Source: Candidatus Beckwithbacteria bacterium GW2011_GWC1_49_16
GTDB taxonomy: Bacteria > Patescibacteriota > Microgenomatia > UBA1400 > CG1-02-47-37
Length of the DNA: 64,000 bases
Reading direction: 5' to 3'
Assembly (NCBI GenBank): GCA_001029675.1
Contig: CP011210.1
Coordinates: 841,280 to 905,279, forward strand
A program made the position numbers and the translations under genes. Shown here piece after piece: positions 54,944-64,000 of the stretch (positions within the stretch are counted from its first letter, which is position 1; each line of letters begins with the position of its first letter). The notes under the pieces are model-generated. The model searched no databases. It was not told where the DNA came from and saw only the letters and a program-made list of their open reading frames with translations.

Positions 54944-55339
54944 TTAGTTTATCTTGCAAATTATCTCTCCGCCGAGTTTGGCTTTTTGGGCCTGGCGGGC
55001 GGTCATTAAGCCCCTGGAAGTGGAGATTAAGGTTGTCCCCCTCCCCAGTAAAAGCCGGGAGAGCCCCTGATATTTGACGTAGCGGCGGACGCCGGGCTTG
55101 GAGATGCGCTTTATGCCGGTTATGGCCGGGCGGCCTTTTTGATGCTTGAGGCCAACCTGGAGCATTTTTTCCTGGGGTTTTTTGCCGCTGACGCTAACGT
55201 CTTTTAAGTAAGCCTCTTTGACTAAAATCTTGACTAGGTCGTGCTTCAATTTGGAGTAAGGGACCACCACCTGATTGTGTTTGACGCGAGAGGCGTTTCT
55301 TAATCTGGTGAGTAAATCGGCAATCGGGTCTGATAGCAT
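54944..55339 (-). CDS. rpsH: 30S ribosomal protein S8
   Basis: MLSDPIADLLTRLRNA. Confidence 0.9.
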   Translation of the reverse strand: MLSDPIADLLTRLRNASRVKHNQVVVPYSKLKHDLVKILVKEAYLKDVSVSGKKPQEKMLQVGLKHQKGRPAITGIKRISKPGVRRYVKYQGLSRLLLGRGTTLISTSRGLMTARQAQKAKLGGEIICKIN

Positions 55340-55341
55340 AG

Positions 55342-55527
55342 TTACCAGCTGGCCTTGGTGACGCCGGGCAGATCACCCTTGTGGGCTAATTTTCTAAAAC
55401 AGAGGCGGCAAATGCCAAACTGCCTTAAGAAACCGCGGGGCCGGCCGCAAAGCTGACAGCGGTTTCTGGCTCTAGTCGAGAATTTTGGCTTTTTGGTTCT
55501 TCTGACAAAGTATTTGACTTTGGCCAT
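55342..55527 (-). CDS. rpsZ: 30S ribosomal protein S14 type Z (zinc-binding)
   Basis: 61 aa, CQLCGRP...CRLCFR. Confidence 0.9.
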   Translation of the reverse strand: MAKVKYFVRRTKKPKFSTRARNRCQLCGRPRGFLRQFGICRLCFRKLAHKGDLPGVTKASW

Positions 55528-55530
55528 AAT

Positions 55531-56091
55531 TTAGGTTTTAGTATCTGATTCTGGTTTGGCAAAGGGCATGCCTAAAAGCTCAAGCAGACGGTGGGCCTGT
55601 TTGTTATCGTTGGTGTTGGTCACGATGGTGAGCTGTAAGCCCCGGATCTGGTCGATTGTATCATAATCGACTTCGGGGAAAACGATTTGTTCGGCCAACC
55701 CCAAGGAATAGTTGCCCCGGCCGTCAAAAGAGTTAAGGCTTACCCCCTGAAAGTCGCGCAATTGGGGCAGAACTAGGTGGACCAGTTTATCCAAAAAGGC
55801 ATACATCCGTTCACCTCTAAGGGTGGCCATGACGCCGATGGTGTCCCCTTTTCTAAGGTTAAAGCCGGCTTCGGCTTGGTGGGCCCGGGTGATCACCGCC
55901 TGTTGACCGGCGATTAAACTGACATACTTTTGGATCTTTTGGGCGACGCCCTTGTCGCCGGCCCCCTCTTTGATCCCTAAGTTGATGACTATTTTGGTCA
56001 CCCGGGGGACGGCCAGGTCGGCCGCGAAATTCCATTCCTTTTTGAGGGCGGGGACGATTTCGTCTTGGTATTTTTGTTTTAAACGATTCAT
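55531..56091 (-). CDS. rplE: 50S ribosomal protein L5
   Basis: Conserved L5. Confidence 0.9.
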   Translation of the reverse strand: MNRLKQKYQDEIVPALKKEWNFAADLAVPRVTKIVINLGIKEGAGDKGVAQKIQKYVSLIAGQQAVITRAHQAEAGFNLRKGDTIGVMATLRGERMYAFLDKLVHLVLPQLRDFQGVSLNSFDGRGNYSLGLAEQIVFPEVDYDTIDQIRGLQLTIVTNTNDNKQAHRLLELLGMPFAKPESDTKT

Positions 56092-56408
56092 TTGGTTTTA
56101 CTGTCAACCGGTTTGCCGCATTTTTTACAGACTCTGACCTTTTTTTTACCCTCGCCCTGAAAGCCGACGCGGGTGGGCTGGTGGCACTGGGGGCAGATGA
56201 GTTTAACTTTGGCGACATTTAAGGGTTTTGAGATGTCGACGATGCCGCCGGGGCGGTTTTGACCCTGGGCTTTTTGGTGTTTTTTGACTTGGTTGACGCC
56301 GGCGACGATGACCGAGTTTATCCGCGGTAAAACCGCTTCGACTTTGCCGCTTCTACCGCGGTCGCGGCCTAAAACTACTTTGACGGTGTCGGCGGGTTTT
56401 AACTTCAT
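56088..56408 (-). CDS. rplX: 50S ribosomal protein L24 with C-terminal zinc ribbon
   Basis: MKLKPADTVKVVLGRDRGRSGKV KOW domain. Unusual C-terminal CPQC...CKKC. Start at the ATG at 56408. Confidence 0.85.
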   Translation of the reverse strand: MKLKPADTVKVVLGRDRGRSGKVEAVLPRINSVIVAGVNQVKKHQKAQGQNRPGGIVDISKPLNVAKVKLICPQCHQPTRVGFQGEGKKKVRVCKKCGKPVDSKTK

Positions 56409-56412
56409 ATAT

Positions 56413-56787
56413 TTAAAGCACCTCGGGGGCCAAGGAGGCAATTTTACTGTAACCGGCGGTTTTGACCTCGCGGGCGATGGGGCCGAAAATCCGAGTGCCG
56501 ACGGGGTCGCGGGTTTTGAGGCTGTCTAAAACCACGGCGGCGTTGTCGTCGAAGCGGATGTAGGAACCGTCGGGGCGGCCGAGCTCTTTTTTGGTGCGGA
56601 CGATGACGGCCTTGACCACTTGGCCTGATTTAATCTGACCGTGGGGGTCGGCGGCGATGACCGAGGCGGTGATAATGTCGGATAAATGGCCGAAGCGGCG
56701 CCTGGAACCGCCGTGGACCAGGATCACCCGGAGTTTTTTGGCTCCGGAATTGTCGGCCACTTTTAAGATACTTCTTAGTTGAATCAT
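56413..56787 (-). CDS. rplN: 50S ribosomal protein L14
   Basis: [19 protein letters not shown]. Confidence 0.9.
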   Translation of the reverse strand: MIQLRSILKVADNSGAKKLRVILVHGGSRRRFGHLSDIITASVIAADPHGQIKSGQVVKAVIVRTKKELGRPDGSYIRFDDNAAVVLDSLKTRDPVGTRIFGPIAREVKTAGYSKIASLAPEVL

Positions 56788-57011
56788 AGTTTTTTAATCA
56801 CCTTCCATCTTTTCTTCTTACTGATGGGTGGGGTTTCTTCGATGACCACTTTGTCGCCGGGAGCAAGCTTTAAGTCATTGGCCGCCAAGTAATGCTTTTT
56901 GACGGTTAGAGTTTTTTGGTACAACGGGTGGGACCAGCGTCTGACCACCAAAACTTTGGCGGTAGCAACCATTTTGGTGTGGACGACGGTGCCGGTAATT
57001 TGTTTTTTCAT
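56784..57011 (-). CDS. rpsQ: 30S ribosomal protein S17
   Basis: Conserved S17. Confidence 0.9.
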   Translation of the reverse strand: MKKQITGTVVHTKMVATAKVLVVRRWSHPLYQKTLTVKKHYLAANDLKLAPGDKVVIEETPPISKKKRWKVIKKL

Positions 57012-57199
57012 TTGGCCGAGATAATAGTTTTTAAAACGGCGATAAGGTGACGGGTGCGGGAAAGGCTTTTGACGTCTTTTAGCTTGGCGGTTGATAGGTC
57101 CAGCTTGAGCTTGGCAACGTCGGCTTGAGCCTGACTTAACCGCTTGGTTAATTCTGGCAGCTGTTGCTGGTGGAGGTCTTTTAAATCCTTTGACTTCAT
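57008..57199 (-). CDS. rpmC: 50S ribosomal protein L29
   Basis: 63 aa helical. Confidence 0.85.
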   Translation of the reverse strand: MKSKDLKDLHQQQLPELTKRLSQAQADVAKLKLDLSTAKLKDVKSLSRTRHLIAVLKTIISAK

Positions 57200-57200
57200 C

Positions 57201-57614
57201 TTAAATTTTGGTAATAATTTTGCTTCTTAATGATAGTTTTTGGGCGGCTTTGCGCAAGGCTTCCTGGGATAAGCCCTTCTCGACGCCGGCCAGCTCAAAA
57301 ATGATCCGGCCGGGCCTGACCACGGCGACATAGCCTTCGATGTCGCCTTTGCCGCTGCCCATTCTGACGCCGGCGCCTTTTTTGGTGTAGCTTTTGTCGG
57401 GAAAAATCCTGATCCAAAGCTTACCGGTTCTTTTGGTGGCGTGGGTGATGACTTTTCTGGCCGCTTCGATCTGACGGGCGGAAACCCAACCACGAGTCAG
57501 GGCCTTGAGGCCATATTCGCCAAAAGCCAAGGTGATACCGCGGCCAGCGTTGCCGCGCATTACGCCCCGGAAGTGCTTACGGTATTTTGATTTTTTAGGT
57601 TGTAGCATAAACAA
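57201..57614 (-). CDS. rplP: 50S ribosomal protein L16
   Basis: MFMLQPKKSKYRKHFRG. Confidence 0.9.
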   Translation of the reverse strand: MFMLQPKKSKYRKHFRGVMRGNAGRGITLAFGEYGLKALTRGWVSARQIEAARKVITHATKRTGKLWIRIFPDKSYTKKGAGVRMGSGKGDIEGYVAVVRPGRIIFELAGVEKGLSQEALRKAAQKLSLRSKIITKI

Positions 57615-57627
57615 ACAGAATTTCTAA

Positions 57628-58284
57628 TTATTTAAGGTCTTTTTCCCCTTTGTAGATCCAGACTTTGATGCCGACGTAGCCAAACTTGGTGAAGGCGGGT
57701 TTTTCAAAATAGTCGATATCGGCCCTGATGGTACTCAAGGGCACGCTGCCCTGGGAATATTTTTCGGTGCGGGAGATTTCGGCGCCGCCGATACGACCGG
57801 AGAGGACGATGCGCGCCCCTTTGGCGCCGGCGGAGATAACTTTCTCCAGGGCCTGGGAAACGGCGCGCCGATGCGGGTAGCGGCGAATCAGCTGGTCGGC
57901 GATTCTGTCACCCACCAGGCGGGCAGACAAATCGGGAGTTTTCATCTCGACCACGTTTAGTTCAAATTTGGGGCTTTTGCCTGATTTGGTGTCGAAGGCC
58001 AACTTTTGAGTGAGAAGCTTTTTTAGCTCCTCGAGTCCGGAGCCGCCTCGGCCGATGACTACGCCGGGGCGGGCGACCTCTAGGGTGATTTTGACGGTGT
58101 TGATGGAGCGGTCGATCTTGACTTGGGTGATGCCGGCCAACTTTAATTTATCAAAGAGGAATTTTCTAAGCTTGATATCCTCGAACATGAATTTTTGATA
58201 CTGTTTGCCCTCGGCAAACCAGTTGGACCGCCATGAATAAAGCGGGCCAAGACGAAAGCCAATGGGGTTAACTTTTTGACCCAT
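57628..58284 (-). CDS. rpsC: 30S ribosomal protein S3
   Basis: MGQKVNPIGFRLG; start at the ATG at 58284. Confidence 0.9.
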   Translation of the reverse strand: MGQKVNPIGFRLGPLYSWRSNWFAEGKQYQKFMFEDIKLRKFLFDKLKLAGITQVKIDRSINTVKITLEVARPGVVIGRGGSGLEELKKLLTQKLAFDTKSGKSPKFELNVVEMKTPDLSARLVGDRIADQLIRRYPHRRAVSQALEKVISAGAKGARIVLSGRIGGAEISRTEKYSQGSVPLSTIRADIDYFEKPAFTKFGYVGIKVWIYKGEKDLK

Positions 58285-58666
58285 TTTTATTAGTTTTATT
58301 TGTTTTTCGTGCTTGGGATTTCGTGCTTTGATCATCTTTGGCCTCTAAGATGATCTTGATGTGCGAGGTTTTCTTCTGAATGGCGTGGCCGCGACCGCGG
58401 GCGGCGGCCCGCGACCTTTTGTAAGTGGGGCCCTGGTTGACCTGAAGCGAAGAGAAAGTCAACCCGTCGCGGTTTAGATTGTGGTTGTTGACGGCGTTGG
58501 CGATGGCTTGCTTTAAAACCTTGAGAATCACCTTGGCGCCGCGGTGGGGCAGGTGTTTGAGAAAAATAGTCGCCTCTTGGGGAGAACGACCCCTGACCGC
58601 GTCGGCGACGACCCGCAACTTTTGGGGGCTTTGATGCACAAATTTGGTTTCGGCTTTGATTAACAT
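58268..58666 (-). CDS. rplV: 50S ribosomal protein L22
   Basis: Start taken at MLIKAETKF (58666), which overlaps the S19 stop. Confidence 0.85.
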   Translation of the reverse strand: MLIKAETKFVHQSPQKLRVVADAVRGRSPQEATIFLKHLPHRGAKVILKVLKQAIANAVNNHNLNRDGLTFSSLQVNQGPTYKRSRAAARGRGHAIQKKTSHIKIILEAKDDQSTKSQARKTNKTNKNGSKS

Positions 58667-58667
58667 A

Positions 58668-58952
58668 TTAGGTTTTGGTGACGAGACGTTTGACCATCTT
58701 GCCGTGGCCTCTGAAACTTCTGGTGGGAGCAAACTCCCCCAGGTGGTGGCCGACCATGGCCTCGGTGATGTAGACCTCGATAAATTTTTTACCGTTGTGG
58801 ATCAAAAAGGTGTGGCCGACGAACTCGGGCGAAATTTGGCTGGATCGGATCCAGGTTTTGATCGGCTCTTTTTTGCCCGCAGTTTTCATCTTTTGAATTT
58901 TTTTGATTAGCCTGTCGTCGACGTAGGGGCCTTTTTTGCTGCTTCTGGCCAT
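58668..58952 (-). CDS. rpsS: 30S ribosomal protein S19
   Basis: [15 protein letters not shown]. Confidence 0.9.
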   Translation of the reverse strand: MARSSKKGPYVDDRLIKKIQKMKTAGKKEPIKTWIRSSQISPEFVGHTFLIHNGKKFIEVYITEAMVGHHLGEFAPTRSFRGHGKMVKRLVTKT

Positions 58953-58953
58953 A

Positions 58954-59778
58954 TTATTTCTTGCGCCTGTCTTTGATAATTGATTTGTTGGAGTATTTTC
59001 TCTGGCGGCGGGTCTTTTTGCCTAAAGTCTTTTTGCCCCAAGGGCTAACGGGAGAAGGGCGGCCGACGCCGCTTCTACCCTCGCCGCCGCCGTGAGGGTG
59101 GGAGTCGGGATGCTGGGCGGTGCCGCGAACCGTGGGGCGGATGCCCATATGGCGCTTGCGGCCGGCTTTGCCGAGTTTAATGTTTTTTTTGTCGATGTTG
59201 CCGATCTCGCCGACGGTGGCGTAACAGGCCAAAGAGACACTTCTGATCTCGCCTGACGGGAGTTTGATGGAGGCGGCTTTGTCTTTGGACTGCAAGACAG
59301 CGGCGGTGCCGGCCGAGCGAACCAGTTGGCCGCCTTTACCGGGAGTTAATTCGAGGTTATGGATGGTGGTGCCGACGGGAATGCTTTTTAGGGGTAAGGC
59401 GTTGCCGGCTCTTATCGGGGCCTTGACGGAAGCCAAGACGGTCTGGCCCGCCCTTAACCCCTTGGGGGCTAAAATATAGCGCTTGGCGCCGTCGGTGTAG
59501 AAAAGCAAAGCCAGGTGGGCGGAACGGTTGGGGTCGTATTCCAACCCCACGACCTGGGCGGGAATATCCCTTTTGTCTCTTTTAAAGTCTATTTCCCGAT
59601 AAAAGCGCTTGTGACGGCCGCCGCGGTGGCGGACGGTAACCCGACCGCTGGAGTTTCTGCCGGCGGTGTAGTTTAAACTCCGAGTCAGGCTCTTTTCCGG
59701 CCTTTTTAAAACCAAATGGGCGTAGCTGACGTCCCGGCGGTGACGCCGGCCGGGAGTGGTGGCTTTGTAGGTTTTCAT
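58954..59778 (-). CDS. rplB: 50S ribosomal protein L2
   Basis: Conserved L2. Confidence 0.9.
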   Translation of the reverse strand: MKTYKATTPGRRHRRDVSYAHLVLKRPEKSLTRSLNYTAGRNSSGRVTVRHRGGRHKRFYREIDFKRDKRDIPAQVVGLEYDPNRSAHLALLFYTDGAKRYILAPKGLRAGQTVLASVKAPIRAGNALPLKSIPVGTTIHNLELTPGKGGQLVRSAGTAAVLQSKDKAASIKLPSGEIRSVSLACYATVGEIGNIDKKNIKLGKAGRKRHMGIRPTVRGTAQHPDSHPHGGGEGRSGVGRPSPVSPWGKKTLGKKTRRQRKYSNKSIIKDRRKK

Positions 59779-60110
59779 TTTTTCTTGGCTTTTCCCGGCT
59801 TTGCCGAGGATCCACGGCCTTTGGGCCGGGATTCTTCCGGTAATTGAAAGTAGTCGATTGTATCACCTGGCTTTAAAGTGACAAGGGCCTTTTTTTGGGG
59901 CGAGGTATAGATGCGGCGGCGAAGCTTTAAAGTATGCTTGGGCTTGGCGGCGGTTTTTGCCGTCTTGACCGCCAAAACCGTAACCTGAAACTGGTCCTGA
60001 ATCGCCTTTTTGACGGCCGCCTTGGAGGCAGAAGCCAAAACCTCAAAAGTAAACTGATGGCTTTGGGAAAGCTTGAGGCTTTTTTCGGTGACGATTGGTT
60101 TAACCAGCAT
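59775..60110 (-). CDS. rplW: 50S ribosomal protein L23
   Basis: Conserved L23 with basic tail. Confidence 0.85.
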   Translation of the reverse strand: MLVKPIVTEKSLKLSQSHQFTFEVLASASKAAVKKAIQDQFQVTVLAVKTAKTAAKPKHTLKLRRRIYTSPQKKALVTLKPGDTIDYFQLPEESRPKGRGSSAKPGKAKKK

Positions 60111-60735
60111 AGTGGTCTGTTAAGCTTTTTAAGGATTTTTCGGTGAAAATGAGCTGGTGGCTTGAGAGCGCCTGGTAGGTGGTGAGTTTGTCGGCGGAAG
60201 TGACGCTAAGCCGGGGTAAGTTTTTGGTGGCGGTAACGATGTTGGCGGGGGGCTTGGGGGCTAAAATCAGGGTGGCGTTTTTGGCTTTGGGGGCGAGTTT
60301 TTGAATAATTTGGGCAAAGATTTTGGTCTTTGGTTTTTGGGTGTCAAGGCCGGAGACGGCGATAACCTCTTGGTCTTTTAATTTTTGAGTTAAGGCGGAA
60401 AAGAGGCTTAAGCGTTTCATTTTGCGGGTCAGCTTGAGGTTAAAGTTTTGCTGGCCGGTGGGGCCGTGGGCCTTGGCGCCGCCGACAAAAATGGGGGCAT
60501 TACGGCTCCCGTGGCGGGCGCGGCCGGTGCCTTTTTGGCGCCAGATTTTGGCTTTGGTGACCTTAACTTCGCCGCGAGACTTGGTGCGGGCGGAAGCCTG
60601 GCGCTGATTAGATAAATAAACCCTCACCGCCTGATTGACAAGACTGGGGTTGACCTTGGCGCCAAAGATTTTGCCCGAAACTTTCAGGCTTTTTACTTTT
60701 TTACCGCTGGTGTTAACGAGGGGAATTTGGGCCAT
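60100..60735 (-). CDS. rplD: 50S ribosomal protein L4
   Basis: Conserved L4. Confidence 0.9.
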   Translation of the reverse strand: MAQIPLVNTSGKKVKSLKVSGKIFGAKVNPSLVNQAVRVYLSNQRQASARTKSRGEVKVTKAKIWRQKGTGRARHGSRNAPIFVGGAKAHGPTGQQNFNLKLTRKMKRLSLFSALTQKLKDQEVIAVSGLDTQKPKTKIFAQIIQKLAPKAKNATLILAPKPPANIVTATKNLPRLSVTSADKLTTYQALSSHQLIFTEKSLKSLTDHYAG

Positions 60736-60738
60736 AGA

Positions 60739-61344
60739 TCAAATTTTGGTTAGTTTTAAAAGGCCTTTTCTGAAGCCGGGGACGGTGCCCGTGAGTGTCA
60801 AGAGGTTATCAGCTTCGGAAACAGAGACGACTTGGCAGTTTTTGACGGTGACGGTGGCGGCGCCGTAGTGGCCGGCCATTTTTTTGCCCTTCCAGACCCG
60901 GCCGGGGTCGGTGCGCATGCCGATGGAGCCGGGGGCACGGGCGCGGTCGGACTGGCCGTGGGTCTTGGGGCCGCCGGCAAAGCCATGGCGCTTCATCACC
61001 CCGGCAAAGCCGCGGCCTAAACTTATCCCGGTGACCTTGACTTTGTCCTGGGGCTTTAAAACGGCGTCGACGGGAACGAGGTCCCCTGGCTTTAATTCAG
61101 GCTCTGACTCGAGCTTGATCTCCCTTAAAAAACGGGGGCCTTTAGCTTTTTTGGCCCCCCTTTTGACTGACTTTTGACCGATGCCGACTTTAAGACCCCA
61201 ATAGCCGTCGCGGTCGAGGGTCTTGACCTGGGTGACCACCAGGGGCTCGACTTTGACGACGCTGACCACCTGGCGGCGGCCCTTGGCGTCAAAGGCTTGA
61301 GTAGTGGTGAACTTGGTGCCGTAAAATGAATTAATCATAATCAT
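60739..61344 (-). CDS. rplC: 50S ribosomal protein L3
   Basis: Conserved L3. Confidence 0.9.
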   Translation of the reverse strand: MIMINSFYGTKFTTTQAFDAKGRRQVVSVVKVEPLVVTQVKTLDRDGYWGLKVGIGQKSVKRGAKKAKGPRFLREIKLESEPELKPGDLVPVDAVLKPQDKVKVTGISLGRGFAGVMKRHGFAGGPKTHGQSDRARAPGSIGMRTDPGRVWKGKKMAGHYGAATVTVKNCQVVSVSEADNLLTLTGTVPGFRKGLLKLTKI

Positions 61345-61371
61345 CAGGGGATCTCTCGTTGACTCTCGAGA

Positions 61372-61680
61372 TTACATACGTATTTCAATACCGACGCCGG
61401 CGGGAAGCTCCAGGTGCATTAAAGAGTCGATGGTTTTGTCGGTGGCGTCGATGATGTCGACCAGGCGCTTGTGGGTCAAAACCTCGAAGTGTTCCCGGGC
61501 GTCTTTGTCGACGTGGGGGCTGGTGGTGACGGTGAGTAGCTTTCTTTTGGTGGGCAAGGGTACCGGGCCCACGATCTTGGCTCCCGTCGACAGGGCAGTG
61601 TCCAGGATTTTTTGGCAGCATTCGTCGATGATGCGATGATCATACGACTTAAGCTTAATTCTAATTCTGCCTTTTGGCAT
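61372..61680 (-). CDS. rpsJ: 30S ribosomal protein S10
   Basis: Conserved S10. Confidence 0.9.
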   Translation of the reverse strand: MPKGRIRIKLKSYDHRIIDECCQKILDTALSTGAKIVGPVPLPTKRKLLTVTTSPHVDKDAREHFEVLTHKRLVDIIDATDKTIDSLMHLELPAGVGIEIRM

Positions 61681-61745
61681 AATCTTTGGTCACAAGATAA
61701 GAAGAGCCCGAAGGCTCTGTCTTATCCAATGGACGAAATTGGTAG

Positions 61746-62924
61746 TTAAGCCAGAATCTTGGTGATGACCCCGGCGCCAACGGTCAAGCCACCCTCGCGG
61801 ATAGCAAACCGGAGGTTTTCCTCCAGGGCTACCGGTTGGATGAGTTTGGCCGTCATCTTGGCGCTGTCGCCGGGCATGACCATCTCAACTCCTTTGGGGA
61901 GAGTGACTTCCCCGGTGACATCAGTAGTCCTGATGTAGAATTGAGGTTTGTAGCCGGTAAAGAAAGGCGTATGGCGGCCACCCTCTTCTTTACTTAAGAT
62001 GTAAATCTCGGCCTCAAACCCGGTGTGAGCCTTGGCGCTGCCGGGCTTGGCCAATACCTGGCCGCGCTCGACTTCGTCTTTCTCGACGCCGCGCAGAAGC
62101 ACACCGACGTTGTCGCCGGCTTGGCCTTCGTCGAGTTGTTTTCGGAACATCTCGACGCCGGTGACGGTGGTCTTTTTGGCGTCTTTGAGGCCGACGATCT
62201 CGATTTCTTCGCCGACTTTGACGACGCCTCTTTCAATCCGGCCGGTAACGACCGTGCCGCGACCTTTGATGGAAAAGACGTCCTCGACGGGCATCAAGAA
62301 CGGCTGATCCAGAGGGCGCTTGGGCTCGGGAATGTACTCGTCCAGAGCTTTCATCAGCTCCTCGATGGATTTTTGGGCTTCTTTGTCGCCCTCGAGGCAC
62401 TTTAAGGCAGAGCCCCGAATGATGGGGATGTCTTTGCCAGGGAACTCGTATTTGGTCAGAAGTTCCCTGATTTCCTCCTCGACCAAGTCGACCATTTCTT
62501 TGTCTTCGACGGCGTCGACTTTGTTTAAAAAGACGACGACGGCCGGGACGTTTACCTGGCGAGCTAAAAGTATGTGCTCCCGGGTTTGGGGCATGGGGCC
62601 ATCGGTGGCGGCGACCACCAGGATGGCACCGTCCATCTGGGCGGCTCCGGTAATCATGTTTTTGATGTAGTCACGGTGCCCGGGGCAGTCGATGTGGGCA
62701 TAGTGACGCTTGTCGGTCTCGTACTCGAGGTGGGTAATCGAAATGGTGATACCCCGCTCCTTTTCCTCGGGCGCCTTATCGATGTCTTCAAATTTCAAGG
62801 CGGTAGCCTGATTTTTACCGGCCAAATACTGGGTAATGGCCGCTGATAGAGTGGTCTTGCCGTGGTCGACGTGACCGATGGTGCCGACGTTGATGTGCGG
62901 CTTGGTGCGTTGATAGACTGCCAT
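61746..62924 (-). CDS. tuf: Elongation factor Tu
   Basis: [19 protein letters not shown] GTPase motifs. Confidence 0.95.
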   Translation of the reverse strand: MAVYQRTKPHINVGTIGHVDHGKTTLSAAITQYLAGKNQATALKFEDIDKAPEEKERGITISITHLEYETDKRHYAHIDCPGHRDYIKNMITGAAQMDGAILVVAATDGPMPQTREHILLARQVNVPAVVVFLNKVDAVEDKEMVDLVEEEIRELLTKYEFPGKDIPIIRGSALKCLEGDKEAQKSIEELMKALDEYIPEPKRPLDQPFLMPVEDVFSIKGRGTVVTGRIERGVVKVGEEIEIVGLKDAKKTTVTGVEMFRKQLDEGQAGDNVGVLLRGVEKDEVERGQVLAKPGSAKAHTGFEAEIYILSKEEGGRHTPFFTGYKPQFYIRTTDVTGEVTLPKGVEMVMPGDSAKMTAKLIQPVALEENLRFAIREGGLTVGAGVITKILA

Positions 62925-62977
62925 GATTCCTCCTTATTTTTTGGTAACTTGTTATTTTACCTTATTGTAATATGTTT

Positions 62978-64000
62978 TCAAGTTTTTTGCTCGGTTGGTT
63001 TTGCGGCATCCGGTTTTTGCTTTTGGATGATGCCCTGGGCGATGTTGTCGGGCACCACCTCGTAGTGGGACGGCTCCATGTAAAAACTGGCCCGGCCTTG
63101 AGTCATGGAGCGCAAAATGGTGGCGTACTGGGACATTTCTGCCAGGGGTACCAGGGCGGTGATCAAGAGGACCTGGCCGCGTTTTTTGGTACCTAAGACC
63201 TGGCCGCGTTTTGAAGAAAGGTCGCCGATAACCTCGCCCATAAACTGCTCGGGAGTGCTAACTTCTATCTTCATGATCGGCTCAAGCAGCACCGGGCTTG
63301 CTTGTTTGATGGCGGCCTGCAGGGCGATGGAGCCGGCGATTTTGAAGGCGACCTCACTACTGTCGACGTCGTGGAAGGTGCCGTCGTAGACGGCGGCTTT
63401 GACGTCTACCAGGGGAAAGCCGGCGATGACGCCGTTGGCCATGGCCTCTTTGACGCCCTTTTCGACGGCGGGGATAAACTCCCTGGGGATGGCGCCGCCG
63501 GTGACTTCGGAGACAAACTCGTAGCCCTCGCCGCGGTCTTTGGGTTCGACCCTAATGAAACAGTGGCCGTACTGGCCGCGGCCGCCCGACTGGCGGATGT
63601 ATTTACCTTCGGCCTCGGCGGTGGCAGTAATGGTTTCTTTGTAGGCGACCTGGGGCCGGCCGGTGTTGGCTTCGACCTTAAACTCGCGCTTCATCCGGTC
63701 GACTAAAATCTCCAAATGAAGCTCCCCCATGCCGGAGATGATGGTTTGGCCGGTTTCGGGGTCGGACTTGATGGTGAAGGTGGGGTCTTCGTCGGCCAGC
63801 CTATTTAGAGCCAGGCCCATTTTTTCCTGGTCGGCCTTGGTTTTGGGCTCGATAGCCAAGGAGATGACCGGCTCGGTAAAAGAAATCCCCTCGAGAATAA
63901 TGGGATTTTGCTCGTCGCAGAGGGTGTCGCCGGTGGTGGTGTCTTTGAGACCGACGACGGCGACGATTTCACCGGCGTAAGCCTGACTGATCTCTTCCCG
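62978..64000 (-). CDS. fusA: Elongation factor G (C-terminal roughly 340 codons; the N-terminus lies beyond the window end)
   Basis: Domains III-V of EF-G. The ORF stays open to position 64000. Confidence 0.9.
   Translation of the reverse strand, partial: REEISQAYAGEIVAVVGLKDTTTGDTLCDEQNPIILEGISFTEPVISLAIEPKTKADQEKMGLALNRLADEDPTFTIKSDPETGQTIISGMGELHLEILVDRMKREFKVEANTGRPQVAYKETITATAEAEGKYIRQSGGRGQYGHCFIRVEPKDRGEGYEFVSEVTGGAIPREFIPAVEKGVKEAMANGVIAGFPLVDVKAAVYDGTFHDVDSSEVAFKIAGSIALQAAIKQASPVLLEPIMKIEVSTPEQFMGEVIGDLSSKRGQVLGTKKRGQVLLITALVPLAEMSQYATILRSMTQGRASFYMEPSHYEVVPDNIAQGIIQKQKPDAAKPTEQKT

Noticed and set aside
62001-62020. CCCGGTGTGAGCC inside tuf, resembling the repeat core
   Set aside because: It sits within a highly conserved EF-Tu coding segment, with no palindromic partner. 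Coincidental.
1-64000. CRISPR array or cas operon. Two Cas4-like nucleases are present at 35896-36579 and 38712-39578
   Set aside because: No direct-repeat/spacer array is visible anywhere. The only dispersed repeats are palindromes with no regular spacing. The Cas4-like genes have no cas1, cas2 or effector neighbours.
1-64000. Alternative genetic code (UGA as Gly, as in some CPR lineages)
   Set aside because: Conserved genes terminate at TGA at the positions expected from homologs (for example the HsdM-like gene at 28805-28807 and yjbQ at 21466-21468). The standard code fits.

Overview
This 64-kb window appears to come from a small-genome, CPR/Patescibacteria-like bacterium. That placement is inference from the ribosomal operon lacking L30, a Z-type S14, and many small unassignable ORFs. 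TGA reads as a normal stop here. Overall GC is about 50%.

Layout:
- 45.9-64 kb, minus strand: the S10-spc-alpha ribosomal superoperon, fusA (3' part, truncated by the window edge), tuf, rpsJ through rplQ, then rplM-rpsI. It ends in a palindromic intrinsic terminator.
- 0.5-19 kb: housekeeping genes.
  - An ABC-2 transporter with tandemly duplicated permease pairs, hup, rny, recX-recA, and a tRNA-Pro(GGG) that the ORF track does not show.
  - A HExxH protein, malic enzyme, TspO, msrA and def.
- 19.7-33 kb: accessory/defence-like.
  - A family of roughly 21-25 bp palindromic repeats (CTATCACAC-CCGGG-GTGTGATAG) that bracket small gene cassettes and supply the terminal Pro-Gly-Val-stop codons of several ORFs.
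  - A bcp pseudogene with an internal deletion, an AbiEii-type nucleotidyltransferase plus YjbQ cassette, a secreted SNase-like nuclease, a DUF3800 protein and a VRR-NUC nuclease.
  - A tightly coupled 7-gene operon. It encodes a LexA-like S24 repressor, an HsdR-N-type PD-(D/E)XK nuclease fused to an N6-adenine methyltransferase (BcgI/Type IIB-like 'A' subunit), an OLD-family ABC-ATPase/Toprim nuclease, an HsdS with two TRDs, and three small zinc-ribbon ORFs. There is no helicase-type HsdR.
- 33-45 kb: GNAT, AlkD-like DNA alkylation repair (plus a 5' remnant copy), two Cas4-like Fe-S PD-(D/E)XK nucleases with no CRISPR array, a Gp49/HigB-XRE toxin-antitoxin pair, msrB, CBS protein, PCD, Ogt, a metallophosphoesterase cassette flanked by repeat copies, and PhzF.

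No CRISPR array and no rRNA genes were seen. The most novel candidate is the nested OLD nuclease inside a Type IIB-like RM operon under a LexA-like regulator.
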